DNA from: an uncultured Gemmatimonadales bacterium
GTDB lineage: Bacteria; Gemmatimonadota; Gemmatimonadetes; Gemmatimonadales; GWC2-71-9
NCBI GenBank assembly: GCA_963730185.1
Contig: CAVSQW010000008.1
Coordinates: forward strand, 1-64,000
Direction of reading: 5' to 3'
DNA length: 64,000 bases
The notes under the pieces were generated by a model. That model was not told the origin of the DNA. It made no database searches and worked only from the letters and a program-made list of their open reading frames with translations. A program made the translations under genes and the position numbers. The stretch's first letter is position 1, and each line of letters opens with the position of its first letter. This document shows, piece by piece, positions 20,517 through 31,914 of this stretch.

Positions 20517-21947
20517 ATGAGCTATTCCGACTCTTTCTTCGCACATAAATTCGGAATCACCGAGCGCGATCTCGAAGGCTATCTGGCGGAAGCATTGTCG
20601 GCGGGAGGGGATTACGCCGATCTCTACTTTGAGTATCTGGCGACCAGTTCGATCAGCATCGACGAATCCATCGTCAAGAGCGCTACGCAGGGAGTCGCGC
20701 TGGGCGTTGGCGTGCGGGTCATTGCCGGGGAACGCACCGGTTACGCCTACAGCGACGACCTGGCGCCGGATAAGATCCGTAACATCGCGCGCGTGGCGGC
20801 CCACATTGCGAGCGGGCCATCGAAGTCCCCAGTGGCCGGATTCCTGCACTCGGAGCGGCCGAACCTGTATCCGGTCGTCACGGCGCCAAGCGACACCGGG
20901 CTAGCCGAGCGAGTGAAACTGGTCCAGCGCGCCGACGAAGCTGCCCGCGCGTACGACAAGCGGGTTTTCCTGGTCCAAGCCTCCTATGGCGATAGCCTGC
21001 GGCACATGTTGGTGGCTACGAGCGATGGAGTCCTCAGTTTCGACCGGCAGCCCATGGCGCGGCTCAACGTCATGGCCCTCGCCAAGGAAGATTCCGGAGA
21101 ACCGCAGCGTGGCATGTCTGGCGGCGGCGGGCGCGTGGGCCTGGAATTTTTTCTAACGGAGAAGACGCCCGAGCACTTTGGCAAAGAGGCTGCCCGGCAA
21201 GCCATCGTGCAACTGGACGCCGTCGAGGCTCCCGCCGGGGAGACTACGGTTGTCCTAGGTCCCGGCTGGCCCGGCATTTTGCTGCACGAGGCGGTTGGGC
21301 ACGGTCTCGAAGCCGACTTCAACCGGAAGAAAGTCTCGGCATTCAGCGGCCGCTTGGGGGAGGAGGTCGCGAGCCCGCTGGTCACGGTGGTCGATGACGG
21401 AACGATCCACCATCGGCGGGGGTCCGTGAACGTCGACGACGAAGGGCAGCCCAGTAAACGCAATGTCCTGATCGAGAACGGCGTGCTGCGCGGCTACCTC
21501 CAGGACAAGCTCTCCAGCCGGCTGATGAAGGCGAATCCGACCGGCAGCGGCCGCCGCGAAAGCTACCAGCACATTCCGCTCCCGAGAATGACAAACACCT
21601 TCATGCTGGCCGGCGAGAGCGATCCCGAGGAGATCGTCCGCAGCGTTGATCGCGGCGTCTATTGCGCATCCTTCGGCGGCGGCCAGGTGGACATCACCAA
21701 CGGCAGCTTTGTCTTTTCGGCCACGGAAAGCTATCTGATCGAGGGCGGTAAACTCACGCAGCCGCTCCGGGGCGCCACGCTCATCGGAAATGGCCCCGAG
21801 GCCTTGAAGCACGTCAGCATGGTGGGCAGCGATCTCGAACTCGACGAGGGTGTCGGCGTCTGCGGCAAGGAGGGGCAGAGCGTCCCCGTCGGCGTGGGGA
21901 TCCCGACCGTGAAACTCGACCGCATGACCGTGGGAGGAACGAATTGA
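20517..21947 (+). CDS. tldD: Metalloprotease TldD
   Basis: GPGWPGILLHEAVGHGLEADF, PRMTNTFM, CGKEGQSVPVGVGIPT. Confidence 0.95.
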   Translation: MSYSDSFFAHKFGITERDLEGYLAEALSAGGDYADLYFEYLATSSISIDESIVKSATQGVALGVGVRVIAGERTGYAYSDDLAPDKIRNIARVAAHIASGPSKSPVAGFLHSERPNLYPVVTAPSDTGLAERVKLVQRADEAARAYDKRVFLVQASYGDSLRHMLVATSDGVLSFDRQPMARLNVMALAKEDSGEPQRGMSGGGGRVGLEFFLTEKTPEHFGKEAARQAIVQLDAVEAPAGETTVVLGPGWPGILLHEAVGHGLEADFNRKKVSAFSGRLGEEVASPLVTVVDDGTIHHRRGSVNVDDEGQPSKRNVLIENGVLRGYLQDKLSSRLMKANPTGSGRRESYQHIPLPRMTNTFMLAGESDPEEIVRSVDRGVYCASFGGGQVDITNGSFVFSATESYLIEGGKLTQPLRGATLIGNGPEALKHVSMVGSDLELDEGVGVCGKEGQSVPVGVGIPTVKLDRMTVGGTN

Positions 21948-23046
21948 GCGATCAGCCGCTCGAAGAGCTTGCCCGGCGCGTGGTCCGCCTGGCTCAGGAG
22001 AAGGGTGCGGCGGGCGTCGAGTGCACGATTGCCGAGGGCGACGAGTTTACCGCGAATGTACGTATGCGCGAGGTCGAAAATCTGAAGGAAGCCGGCTCGC
22101 GCGTCGCCGGGTTGCGGGTTCTGGTAGGGCAGCGAACCGGTTCGGCCTACACGTCGGATCTCTCGGCCGGGGGAGTGGACCTGATGGTCCGTTCGGCGCT
22201 CGAACTGGCCGCCATCACCGGAGAAGATCCGTATGCCGGATTGCCTGAGGAGGCCAGTCTCGGTTCGATCGATGGCAATTTGCGGTTATTCTCCGATGAT
22301 GTCCGCGCTCTCGACACGGAAGCGAAAATCGATCTGGCACGGGAAGCCGAGGCGGCGGCGCTCGATTTCGACCCGCGCATTGCGAATTCTGAAGGAGCTT
22401 CGTTCGACTCGGCCACGGGGCATCGCGTTTTTGCCAACAGTCTCGGTTTCGCGGGTTCCTACCGGGCCAGCCGATGTTCGATGAGCGTCATGCCGGTGGC
22501 CAAGGACGGCAAGTCGATGGAACGGGACTACTGGTTCACCCAGGCCCGCAGTGCTTCCGGGTTGGACGCGCCCGCCGAGGTAGGTCGCATCGCCGCCGGG
22601 CGCGCGATTCGCCGTCTTCACTCGCGCAAACTGAATACGCGGAAAGCGCCGGTCGTCTTCGACCCGCTCGTGGCACGGTCGCTCCTGGGCCATATTTTCG
22701 AAGCCATCAATGGGAACGCGGTCTATCGCAAGGCATCCTTTCTGGCTGGCAAACTCGGCGAGAAGATCGCGTCGGAAAACCTTACGGTTATCGACGACGG
22801 GACGCTGCCGGGCCTGTTCGGCACCTCGCCGTTCGATGATGAAGGCGTCCCGTCGCGCCGGACGCCGGTTATCGAAAAGGGCGTCCTCGAAAGCTACCTT
22901 CTCAATTCCTACACGGCCCGCAAGCTCGGTTTGAAAACTACCGGAAACGCAAGCCGCGGCGTCACCGGAAACGCCGGCGTTGGTCATGGAAATCTCTTTG
23001 CCGAGAAAGGAAACAAGTCTCCGGAGGAATTGATCAAAGGTGTGGA
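21944..23046 (+). CDS. pmbA: PmbA/TldE, truncated at the junction (~23,046)
   Basis: Overlaps tldD stop; NSEGASF, ERDYW, SPFDDEGVP, YTARKLGLKTTGNA; homology ends at ELIKGVD and the C-terminal part is absent. Confidence 0.85.
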
Positions 23047-24037
23047 TGATGATGAACTGCGACACCCTGCTGATGGTGGGGTCGAGCTTTCCGTATTCGG
23101 AGTTTCTGCCCAGGGAGGGGCGGCGCCCGGGGGGTCCAGATCGATCACGATGCCCGGATGCTCGGCCTTCGCTATCCGATGGAGGTGAACCTCACAGGCG
23201 ACGGCCAAGGCGACCCTCCAGGCTCTGCTGCCCCGCCTGGTCCGGAAGACGGATCGGGACCTGGCGCGACGAGATCGAGCGCCAGTGTCGGCGAGTGGTG
23301 GGAGCGTCATGGAGGCTCGGGCGTTCAACGAGGCCGACCCGATCAACCCTCAGCGGGTGCTTCTGGGAGCTCTCGTCGCGGCTGCCCGAGCGGTGCATCG
23401 TCAGCGCCGACTCTGGCTCGGTCGCGAACTGGTTCGCTCGGGACCTTAAGCTCCGGCGGGGGATGATGGCCAGTCTGGCCGGTAACCTCGCCACGATGGC
23501 CGGGCGTACCCTATGCGATCGCCGCCAAATTCGCGCACCCCGACCGGGTCTCCATCGCCCTGGTCGGCGACGGCGCGATGCAGATGCTTGGCAACAACGG
23601 CTTGATCACCATCGCCCGCTATTGGAAGGAGTGGTCGGATCCCCGGTTGATCGTCCTGGTGCTCCACAACGGCGACCTCAACCAGGTCACCTGGGAGATG
23701 CGGGTCATGGCCGGGAATCCCAAGTATCCGGCCTCCCAGCTGGTGCCCGACTTCCCCTACGCCCGCTACGCCGAGATGCTCGGCCTCCGGGGATCCGGGT
23801 GGACGATCCCGCCGGCTTGGGAGCCGCCTGGGACGCGGCGCTGACCGCGACCGGCCGGTCGTTCTCGAGGCGATCACCGACCCCGATGTGCCGCCGCTTC
23901 CGCCGCACATCAGCCTGGAGCAGGCTCGAAAGTACGCCTCCACCCTCCTCAAGGGCGATCCGGACGAGGGCGGGATCATCCGGCAGACGTTTCGGGATCT
24001 GGTGGCGACGGTGGTGCCCGGGCGAAGTCGTCGATGA
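23047..24037 (+). CDS. Thiamine-PP-dependent pyruvate oxidase/dehydrogenase (PoxB-like), C-terminal half only, frameshifted
   Basis: MMMNCDTLLMVGSSFPY, ADSGSVANWFARDL, GDGAMQMLGNN (TPP motif), NGDLNQVTWE, DPDVPPLPPHI; N-terminus missing; stop overlaps next ATG (ATGA). Confidence 0.82.
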
Positions 24038-25132
24038 CCGAGACGGGGGGCGGCGTCCCGATCGAGCGCCTCGAGGTTTCGGCCTACGACCTTCCCACCG
24101 ATGCTCCGGAGTCCGATGGCACCCTGACCTGGGATCACACCACGCTCGTGCTCGTCGAGGTCGAAGGTGGTGGGAAGCACGGCCTAGGGTTCACCTATGC
24201 CGATCGGGCGACGGCGACCCTGATCCGGCACACGCTGGCCGAGCAGGTGGTCGGCCGCGATGGTTTCGGGATCGAGGGGATCTGGCTCGCGCTCCGGCGC
24301 GCGGTCCGGAACCTGGGGCTGAGCGGGATCGCCGCCATGGCGATCGCCGCGGTCGACATCGCACTCTGGGATCTCAAGGCCCGGCAGCTCGAGCGGCCGC
24401 TGGTGTCGCTGCTGGGACCGGCCCGCAGCGCGGTCCCCGTCTACGGCAGCGGGGGGTTACCTCGTACGACGAGGCTCGACTCCGCGAACAGTTGGGCCGG
24501 GGGTCGGCGACGGCATCGCCGCCGTGAAGATGAAGGTCGGCCGCCACCCGGCCCGAGACCTGCAACGGGTCGCGGTCGCCCGGGATGCGGTGGGAGACGC
24601 CGAGCTCTTCGTCGACGCCAACGGCGCCTACGCCCGGAAGCAGGCCCTCGCGCTGGCCGGCGACTTTGCGAGACTCGGAGTCGGCTGGTTCGAAGAGCCG
24701 GTTCCCTCGGCCGACGTGGCCGGTCTCCGTCTGCTCCGCGATCGAATGCCGGGCACCATCGACGTCGCGGCCGGCGAGTACGGCTATACCCTCGCCGGGT
24801 TCCGCCGCTTGCTGGAGGCGGGGGCGGTCGACGTCCTCCAGGCCGACGCCACGCGCTGCCAGGGGATTACCGGTTTTCTCAAGGTCGCGGCCCTGGCCGA
24901 GGCCTTCGGGGTCCCGCTCTCGACCCACTGCGCCCCCTGTATCCACCTTCACCCATCCTGTGCCACCGGCTCGGTCCGGCACCTGGAGTACTTCCACGAT
25001 CACGTCCGGATCGAGCATCGGCTGTTCGACGGCGCGCCTCGTCCCAGGGCGGGGATGCTCCTTCCGGACCCGGCCCGGCCCGGCCTCGGACTCGAATTCA
25101 AGCGTCGGGACGCGGCCCGGTTCGCGATCTGA
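24034..25132 (+). CDS. Mandelate racemase/muconate lactonizing enzyme family protein (frameshift ~24455)
   Basis: PTDAPESDGT, AVDIALWDLKAR, KMKVG, VDANG, WFEEP, AAGEYGY, HLEYFHDHVRIE. Confidence 0.88.
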
Positions 25133-25149
25133 CGGCGAAGGGATATCGC

Positions 25150-27882
25150 ATGACAGTGACGGAACGAGGCCCAGTTCCCCAGCCGCCCTTCGCAGCCGAT
25201 CTGGCCCGGGCGCTCCGCGCGACGGTCGACGGCGAGGTTCGGTTCGATTCCGGCAGCCGGGCAGTCTATTCGACCGATGCGTCCAACTACCGTCAGCCTC
25301 CGGTCGGCGTCGTCGTTCCACGAACGGTCAATGCCGTGCGGCGGACGGTGGCCCTGTGTCGCTCCCACAATGCCCCGATCACCTCGCGGGGGGGGAACCA
25401 GCCTGGCCGGGCAGGCCTGCAACTCGGCGGTGGTGATCGACTATTCCAAGTACCTCAACGAGGTCCTCGAGATCGACGAGGCCCAGCGGCTGGCCCGGGT
25501 AGAACCGGGCTGCGTCTTGGACAACCTCCGCCAGGTGGCGCGGTCGGCGGGACTCACGTACGGACCCGACCCCGCCACCCACGATCGCAACACCCTCGGC
25601 GGGATGATTGGCAACAACTCCTGCGGGGTCCACTCAGTCATGGCGCAGTTCTACGGGCCGGGGCCGCTGACCCGCCATCAGGTGGCCAAGCTCACCGTCC
25701 TGACGTACGACGGCGCGGAGTTCGACGTCGGACCGACGCCCGAGGCCGAGCTCGAGCTGATCATCCGTGGCGGCGGCCGGCGGAGGAAGATCTACGCCGC
25801 GCTCCGCGACCTCCAGGATCGCTACGCCGATGAGATCCGCCGTCCATGGCCCACCGACCCGTCGGCCTCGAAGGGATCGACCAGACCCTGGTCCACAATA
25901 TGAGGCTCAAAGGCCTCCACGAGCGGGACGTGCCCTTGCTGCCCCAGGGGCAGGGTTGGCTGCTGGTGGAGTTCGGCGGGTCCAGTCGGGCCGAGGCCGT
26001 GGCCGGGGCCCAGCGGCTCATGGCCGAGCTGGCCCGGCGCGAGGACGCTCCCCAGATGCGGCTCTATCGCGATGACGACGAGGCCTCCCGTCTCTGGGCC
26101 CTCCGCGAAGCCGGTCTCGGGGCCACCGCCCACCTCCCGGGCCTCCCGAAAGCCCACCCCGGATGGGAGGACGCCGCGGTGCCGCCGGAGCGGCTGGGTC
26201 GCTACCTCCGGGATTTTCGGTCGCTCCGGGAGTTCGAATACGACGCGGCGCTCTACGGCCATTTCGGCCAGGGATGCGTCCACTGCCGAATCGACTTCGA
26301 CTTCAGCACGCCCCAGGGCCTGTCCCGTTGGCTCGCCTTCCTGGACCGCGCGGCCGATCTGGTCGTCTCGCACGGCGGCTCGCTCTCCGGCGAGCACGGC
26401 GACGGTCAGGCCCGGGCGGCCCTCCTGCCGAAGATGTACGGCGACGAGCTGGTGAAGGCGTTCCGGGAGTTCAAGTCGATCTGGGACCCGACGGGCGGAT
26501 GAACCCGGGCAAGGTGGTCGACGCCTTCCGGCCTGACCAGAACCTCCGGGTCGGGCCCAATACCACCTTCCGGTCGGTCGAAACGCACTTTCAGTTTCCC
26601 GAAGACGGCGGCTCGTTCGCCCGGGCTGTAGACCGGTGCGTCGGGGTGGGGAAGTGCCGGCGGAGTGATGGCGGAACGATGTGCCCCAGCTACATGGTGA
26701 CTCGGGAAGAAGAGCACTCGACCCGCGGTCGGGCTCGCCTCCTGTTCGAGATGATGCGTGGCTTGAGCATCCGGGATGGCTGGCGAAGCCGTGCGGTCCG
26801 GGAGGCCTTGGACCTCTGCCTGGCCTGCAAAGGCTGCAAGCATGACTGCCCGGTCGACGTCGACATGGCAACCCTACAAGGCCGAGTTCCTGTCGCACTA
26901 CTACGAGGGTCGGTTCCGGCCCCGGGCCGCGTATTCGATGGGATTGATTCACCGCTGGCTCCGCCTGGCATCGCCGATGGCTCCGGCCGCCAATGTCGTG
27001 GCCCGGGTCGGACCGCTGGCGAGTCTGATCAAGTGGGTGGCTGGGATCGCGCCCGAGCGGACCATCCCGCCTCTGGCTCGACCGACGTTGCGGCGTTGGT
27101 TTGGCCAACGGCCAAAGGGACGCGTCTCCGGCGACCGGCCCCGCGTGCTGCTCTGGCCCGACACCTTCACCAACTATCTCGAGCCCGAGCCCGGTCAGGC
27201 CGCCGTCCGGGTGCTAGAGCGCGCCGGCTATCGGGTCGAGCTGGCCCCCCGCGGGCTCTGCTGCGGCCGCCCCCTCTACGACTGGGGCATGCTCGGACCC
27301 GCGAAGCGACTCTGGCGCAGGAATCTCCGGGCCTTGGCCCCGGCGTTGCGCGACGGCACCCCGATCGTCGGGGTCGAGCCTAGCTGTGTCGCGGCCTTCC
27401 GTGACGAGCTGCCGAACCTCTTCCCGGACGACGACCGGGCCGCTCGGCTGGCCGGTCAGACCCGCCTTCTGGGCGAGCTCCTCGCGGAGCAGGATCTCCC
27501 GGTCTCCACGATGGATATGCCGATGCTGGTCCAGGGGCACTGCCACCATCGGGCGGTGCTCGATTTCGATGCCGATCTGGCCCTGCTTCGCCGCCTGAGC
27601 GACGAGGTCGAAGTCCTCGACTCCGGGTGTTGCGGGATGGCGGGCGCATTCGGATTCGAGCGAGGCAAGTATGACGTCTCCGTCAAGTCCGCGGAACGGG
27701 TGCTGATGCCCGCGCTTCGGAAAGCCGGCCCGGCGACGGTCCTGGTTGCCAACGGATTCAGCTGTCGCCAGCAGGTCACCCAGCTCGGCGGCCGGCGTCC
27801 CTGGCATCTGGCGGAGGTGCTGGACCGCGCCCTCTCCGCCGCACCTCGATCCTCCCGAGTCCCCCAGGAGATTTCCCCATGA
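25150..27882 (+). CDS. FAD-binding / 4Fe-4S / CCG-domain oxidoreductase (D-lactate/glycolate dehydrogenase-like); frameshifts and apparent internal deletion ~25843
   Basis: YSTDASNY, RGGGTSLAGQ, GGMIGNNSCG, SGEHGDG, CVGVGKC, CLACKGCKHDCP, CCGRP, GCCGMAGAFG. Confidence 0.88.
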
Positions 27883-28268
27883 CGAAGCCAGCGCTGGAAA
27901 TTGGCCGATACGCTTGGCTCATCGCCGATGGATACGTCCCAGAATGGAGCCACGGTCCCGCGCCGGAGATGACCAGCCACGAGACCGCCTGCCTCGTGAA
28001 CCCGAATGATCTGGATGCCCGGGTCGAGCTCACGCTGTATTTCGCCGATCGGGAGCCCGCCGGCCCCTACCTGGCCACAGTCCCGGCCCGCCGGACCCGA
28101 CACCTTCGGCTGAACGAGCTGAACGATCCGGAGCCGGTGCCGACCGGCACCGACTACGCCGCCGTGATCAAGTCGACGGTCCCGATCATTGTGCAGCACA
28201 CCCGCCTCGACTCGCGCCAGCGTGACCTCGGCCTGATGAGCACCATCGCCTTTCCGGGGGGCCGCTGA
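27879..28268 (+). CDS. Anabaena sensory rhodopsin transducer (ASRT) family protein
   Basis: IGR..W.IADGY, SHETACLVN, LYFADREP.GPY, VPARRTRHLRLN.L.DPEP, VQHTRLDSRQ. Confidence 0.85.
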   Translation: MTKPALEIGRYAWLIADGYVPEWSHGPAPEMTSHETACLVNPNDLDARVELTLYFADREPAGPYLATVPARRTRHLRLNELNDPEPVPTGTDYAAVIKSTVPIIVQHTRLDSRQRDLGLMSTIAFPGGR

Positions 28269-28310
28269 CGGCCCGCCGCCCGGCGGTGCCGGCGAGCCTC
28301 CACTCGGAGG

Positions 28311-29438
28311 TTAAGATGACGATGATTCGGAGTCGGCTCGGGGCGTCGTCTCCGGGCCTCCGGGCGGGTCGTCGGCCGATCCGTACTCCTCGATGAACAT
28401 CTGCCAGACGGTGAGGAAGATCGCGGCGATGACCGGTCCCACCACGAAGCCCTCGAGCCCGAACACGGCGAGTCCACCCAGGGTGGAGAGGAGCACCATG
28501 TAGTCCGGCATCCGGGTGTCACGGCCGACCAGGAGCGGGCGGAGCAGGTTGTCCACCAGGCCGATCAGGAAGATCCCGGCGATGGTGAGGATGAGCGCTT
28601 TGACCGCGTGGCCGGTCGCCAACAAGATGATCGAGGCCGGGACCCAGATCAGGCCCGATCCGGCTGCGGGCACCAGCGAGGCCAGCGTCATCATCACGCC
28701 CCAGAAGACCGCTGCGTCGATCCCGAGGATCCAGAAGATCAGTCCGCCGAGGGTTCCCTGGGCCGCGCCGACGATCAGGGTGCCCTTGATCGTCGCGCGG
28801 GTTACCTGCGCGAAGCGGGAGAACAGGCGGCGTTCGCGGACGTCGCCGAGGGGCAGGGCGCGGATGATCGTCTCGATCAGCCGGTCGCCGTCGCGGAGGA
28901 AGAAGAACAACAGGTACACCATGATGAAGAACAGGACCGCGATCCGGAGCGCGTCCTGGCCGATCGAAAACGCCTTGGAGGCCAGGTAGCGGCTGGCGGT
29001 CACCGCGGCGCCGGAGACCGACTGGCTCAGCTTGTCGGGGGAGAGCCCGATCCGGGACAGGAAGCCGGTGAGCTGAGGGACGGTGCGCTGCACCGCCGCC
29101 ACCGGGGCGCGGACGTCGATCTCTCCGTTGTCGATCCGGGTGTAGAAGCCCGCGGCCTCCCCGCCGACGGCCGTGGCGACGAGGCTGAGCGGCAGGATCA
29201 CCAGGATCAGGATGATCGCGACGGTGGCGACCGAGGCGAGCGCCTGCCGGTTCCCGAACCAGCGGAGAACCCGCTGGTAGAGGCCGTGAAAGAGCACCGC
29301 GAGCACCGCCGCCCAGAAGATCGCGATCGCGAAGTCCCAGATCAGCCAGGTAAAGGCAACCGAGACCGCGACCAGCAGGGCCGGCAGCACCGCGCTCTGA
29401 ATGGCCCGAATCGACAACCCCGCCTCCCGTTTGCTCAT
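28311..29438 (-). CDS. AI-2E family transporter
   Basis: YLLFFFLRDG, KGTLIVGAAQG, VDNLLRPLLVG, FG..GFVVGP. Confidence 0.9.
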   Translation of the reverse strand: MSKREAGLSIRAIQSAVLPALLVAVSVAFTWLIWDFAIAIFWAAVLAVLFHGLYQRVLRWFGNRQALASVATVAIILILVILPLSLVATAVGGEAAGFYTRIDNGEIDVRAPVAAVQRTVPQLTGFLSRIGLSPDKLSQSVSGAAVTASRYLASKAFSIGQDALRIAVLFFIMVYLLFFFLRDGDRLIETIIRALPLGDVRERRLFSRFAQVTRATIKGTLIVGAAQGTLGGLIFWILGIDAAVFWGVMMTLASLVPAAGSGLIWVPASIILLATGHAVKALILTIAGIFLIGLVDNLLRPLLVGRDTRMPDYMVLLSTLGGLAVFGLEGFVVGPVIAAIFLTVWQMFIEEYGSADDPPGGPETTPRADSESSSS

Positions 29439-29505
29439 CAGTCCCCCCCAGTCACTACCGCCTACTGCCTCACCAGTCCCGACTCACTCAGTCACCAATC
29501 ACTAC
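29439..29505. repeat. Degenerate pyrimidine-rich heptamer tract (CAGTCAC/TACTCCC-like)
   Basis: cagtccccccagtcactaccgcctactgcctcaccagtcccgactcactcagtcaccaatcactac in the divergent intergenic region; resembles the tail of the 41.3 kb array. Confidence 0.5.
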
Positions 29506-29547
29506 GCAAGGTCTTGCCGACTCCCCTCCTCGGAGGGACGTTCTGTC

Positions 29548-31914
29548 ATGCTCACGCGCTCACTCTCCGTCGCCGCCGCGCTCCTGGCCGCCCCGTTCGC
29601 CTTGGCGTCGCCCCAGGACCCGACCCCTCTCCGCCAGTCCCGTCTCACCCGAGCCACGGCGGGGCCGCCGGCGCCGTTCACGCTCGACGAGGCGGCGCAC
29701 GATGACCGCTGGATCGGGCTCGAGGCGCGGGACCCCCGATGGGCTCCGGACGGCTCCGGAGTCTACTTCCGCTGGAATCGGAGTCCCAGGGTCGGACAGG
29801 ATCCCGAGGCCGATCCTTGGTTCTTCGCGGCTCGGGACGGCCGGGCCGCCGGCGAGGTGCCGGCCGGGACGCCGATCCCCTCGGCCGAGACGGCCTGGAG
29901 CGCCGACGGGCGGCGGGCGGCTTGGACGAGCGGCGGCACCCTGTTCCTGTACGACGCCGCCGGCGGCGTCCGGCCGGTGGCCACGGTGTCCGGCCGGCTC
30001 GGCGCCGCACGGGTGGAGCGCGACGGGTCGGTCACGGCGATGGTCGGCGACGATCTCTACGCCTGGGATGCGGCCGGCGGCTTCCGGCCGATCACCCGGC
30101 GGTACGAGCGGCCGAGCGCTCCCGAGCGGCCGGCGGCGCGCTGGCTCCGCCAGCAGCAGCGAGACCTCTTTGCCCGGGTGCGGGACGCCGAGGACCGGGC
30201 CGACAGCGCGGCCGCCCAGGCCCGCCGGCTGCCGGGCGCGCCCCAGGCCATCCCGGTCGAGCCCGGCGTCCGGGTTGAGCAAGCGGCCCGAAGCCCCGAC
30301 GGCCGGTTCGTGACGTTCGTGGCCCGGACGCCGGCCTCGCCCGAACCGTCGACAGCGTACCTGGACTACGTCAGCGCGTCGGGCTACGCGGAGACCCGGC
30401 GGTCCCGGGGCAAAGTCGGCGAGCCGCAGGACCGGTTCCGGATGGGCATCGTGGCCGTCGACCCGGCGGTCGACCCGGACAGCATCGTGGTCCGATGGGT
30501 GACGCTGCCGGAAGCGGGGGGACGGGAGACCTTCGTCCACGGACCCTGGTGGAGCGTCGAGGGCGATCGGGCCGTGATCCAGGTGATCTCGGCCGACTGG
30601 CACGATCTCTGGGTGGCCGAGCTCGATCCGGCCACGGGGTCGACCCGGGTGCTGGCGCACGATCGTGACGACGCCTGGCTGGGCGGCCCGCCGGTCCTCT
30701 CCAACTACGGCGGGCCGACGCTTCTTCGCTGGCTGCCCGGTGGCCGCCTCGTGTTCGCCTCCGAGCGGAGCGGGTGGAGCCATCTGTATCTGATCGACGC
30801 CGACGGCGCGGTCCGGGCGCTCACCTCGGGGCCCTGGGAAGTCCGCGCGGCGGAGCTCTCTCGCGACCGCGCGACCTGGCTGATCGGCGCGAGCCGGGAG
30901 AGTGCCTCAGACGACGAGCTCTACCTGATGCCAGCGGCCGGTGGCGGGCTGACCCGGCTCACGGACGCGCCGGGCCGTCACGAGGGGGTGTGGTCGCCCG
31001 ATGGCGCCCGGATCGCGGAGCTCTTCGGCGACGCCACCTCGATGCCCGACCTCTACCTGCGGGACGCGCGGGCGGGCGGGCCGGCGGTCCGGGTCACGGC
31101 CAGCGGCAGCGACGCATTCTTCCGGCATCGCTTCCGGCAGCCGACGATCGTGTCGGTGACCCATCCCGACGGGAAGCCGGTCTACGCCGCGATCTACCGG
31201 CCGGACCGCCCCAACCGGGAGCACGCGGCCGTCGTGCACGTCCACGGCGGCGGGTACCGCCAGTTCACCCACCACGGCTGGTCGGTCTATGGGTTCGGCC
31301 TCCATCTCGGGTTGTTGCACTATCTGGTGGAGCAGGGGTACACGGTGATGGACTTCGACTATCGCGGCGGCGCGGGCTACGGGCGGGACTATCGCGCCGA
31401 CGTCTATCACGCCATGGGGCAGAAGGACGTCGACGGGGTCATCCCGGCCATCGACCTCCTGGTCCGGAAGTACGGCGTGGACCGGAAGCGGGTCGGGGTG
31501 TATGGCGTGTCGTACGGGGGCTTCTTCACCTTGATGGCCCTGTTCCGGCATCCGGGGCTGTTCCGGGCGGGCATCGCCAACGCGGCGGTCAGCGACTGGG
31601 CCCACTACTCGCACGAATGGACCGCCCGGATCCTGGGGACGCCGGCCGACGACCCGGAGGCCTACCGGGTGTCGAGCCCGATCAACTACACCGCGGGCCT
31701 GGCCGACTCCCTCTTGATCGTGCATGGACTCGTCGATGACAACGTGGAGTTCCAGGACGCCGCGCGGGTGGTTCAGAAGCTGATCGAGGACGGAAAATCG
31801 TTCGACGTGATGTACTACCCGACCCAACCGCACACCATCCAGACCGAGGCGAGCCGGCGCGATTTCGTCCGGCGGGCGGTGGCGTTCTTCGCCGCCAATC
31901 TCCGCGGCCGCTAG
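29548..31914 (+). CDS. Secreted S9 family (prolyl oligopeptidase/DPP-like) peptidase
   Basis: GGAGG RBS, signal peptide, HGGGY, GVSYGG, DDNV, QPH. Confidence 0.9.
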   Translation: MLTRSLSVAAALLAAPFALASPQDPTPLRQSRLTRATAGPPAPFTLDEAAHDDRWIGLEARDPRWAPDGSGVYFRWNRSPRVGQDPEADPWFFAARDGRAAGEVPAGTPIPSAETAWSADGRRAAWTSGGTLFLYDAAGGVRPVATVSGRLGAARVERDGSVTAMVGDDLYAWDAAGGFRPITRRYERPSAPERPAARWLRQQQRDLFARVRDAEDRADSAAAQARRLPGAPQAIPVEPGVRVEQAARSPDGRFVTFVARTPASPEPSTAYLDYVSASGYAETRRSRGKVGEPQDRFRMGIVAVDPAVDPDSIVVRWVTLPEAGGRETFVHGPWWSVEGDRAVIQVISADWHDLWVAELDPATGSTRVLAHDRDDAWLGGPPVLSNYGGPTLLRWLPGGRLVFASERSGWSHLYLIDADGAVRALTSGPWEVRAAELSRDRATWLIGASRESASDDELYLMPAAGGGLTRLTDAPGRHEGVWSPDGARIAELFGDATSMPDLYLRDARAGGPAVRVTASGSDAFFRHRFRQPTIVSVTHPDGKPVYAAIYRPDRPNREHAAVVHVHGGGYRQFTHHGWSVYGFGLHLGLLHYLVEQGYTVMDFDYRGGAGYGRDYRADVYHAMGQKDVDGVIPAIDLLVRKYGVDRKRVGVYGVSYGGFFTLMALFRHPGLFRAGIANAAVSDWAHYSHEWTARILGTPADDPEAYRVSSPINYTAGLADSLLIVHGLVDDNVEFQDAARVVQKLIEDGKSFDVMYYPTQPHTIQTEASRRDFVRRAVAFFAANLRGR

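Noticed and set aside
20517..23046. tldD/pmbA as part of a RiPP cluster
   Set aside because: No precursor peptide, YcaO or other maturation genes nearby; consistent with the housekeeping pair
21944..24527. PmbA-PoxB fusion as a novel protein
   Set aside because: The two parts are in different frames, both are truncated, and the join coincides with a compositional break
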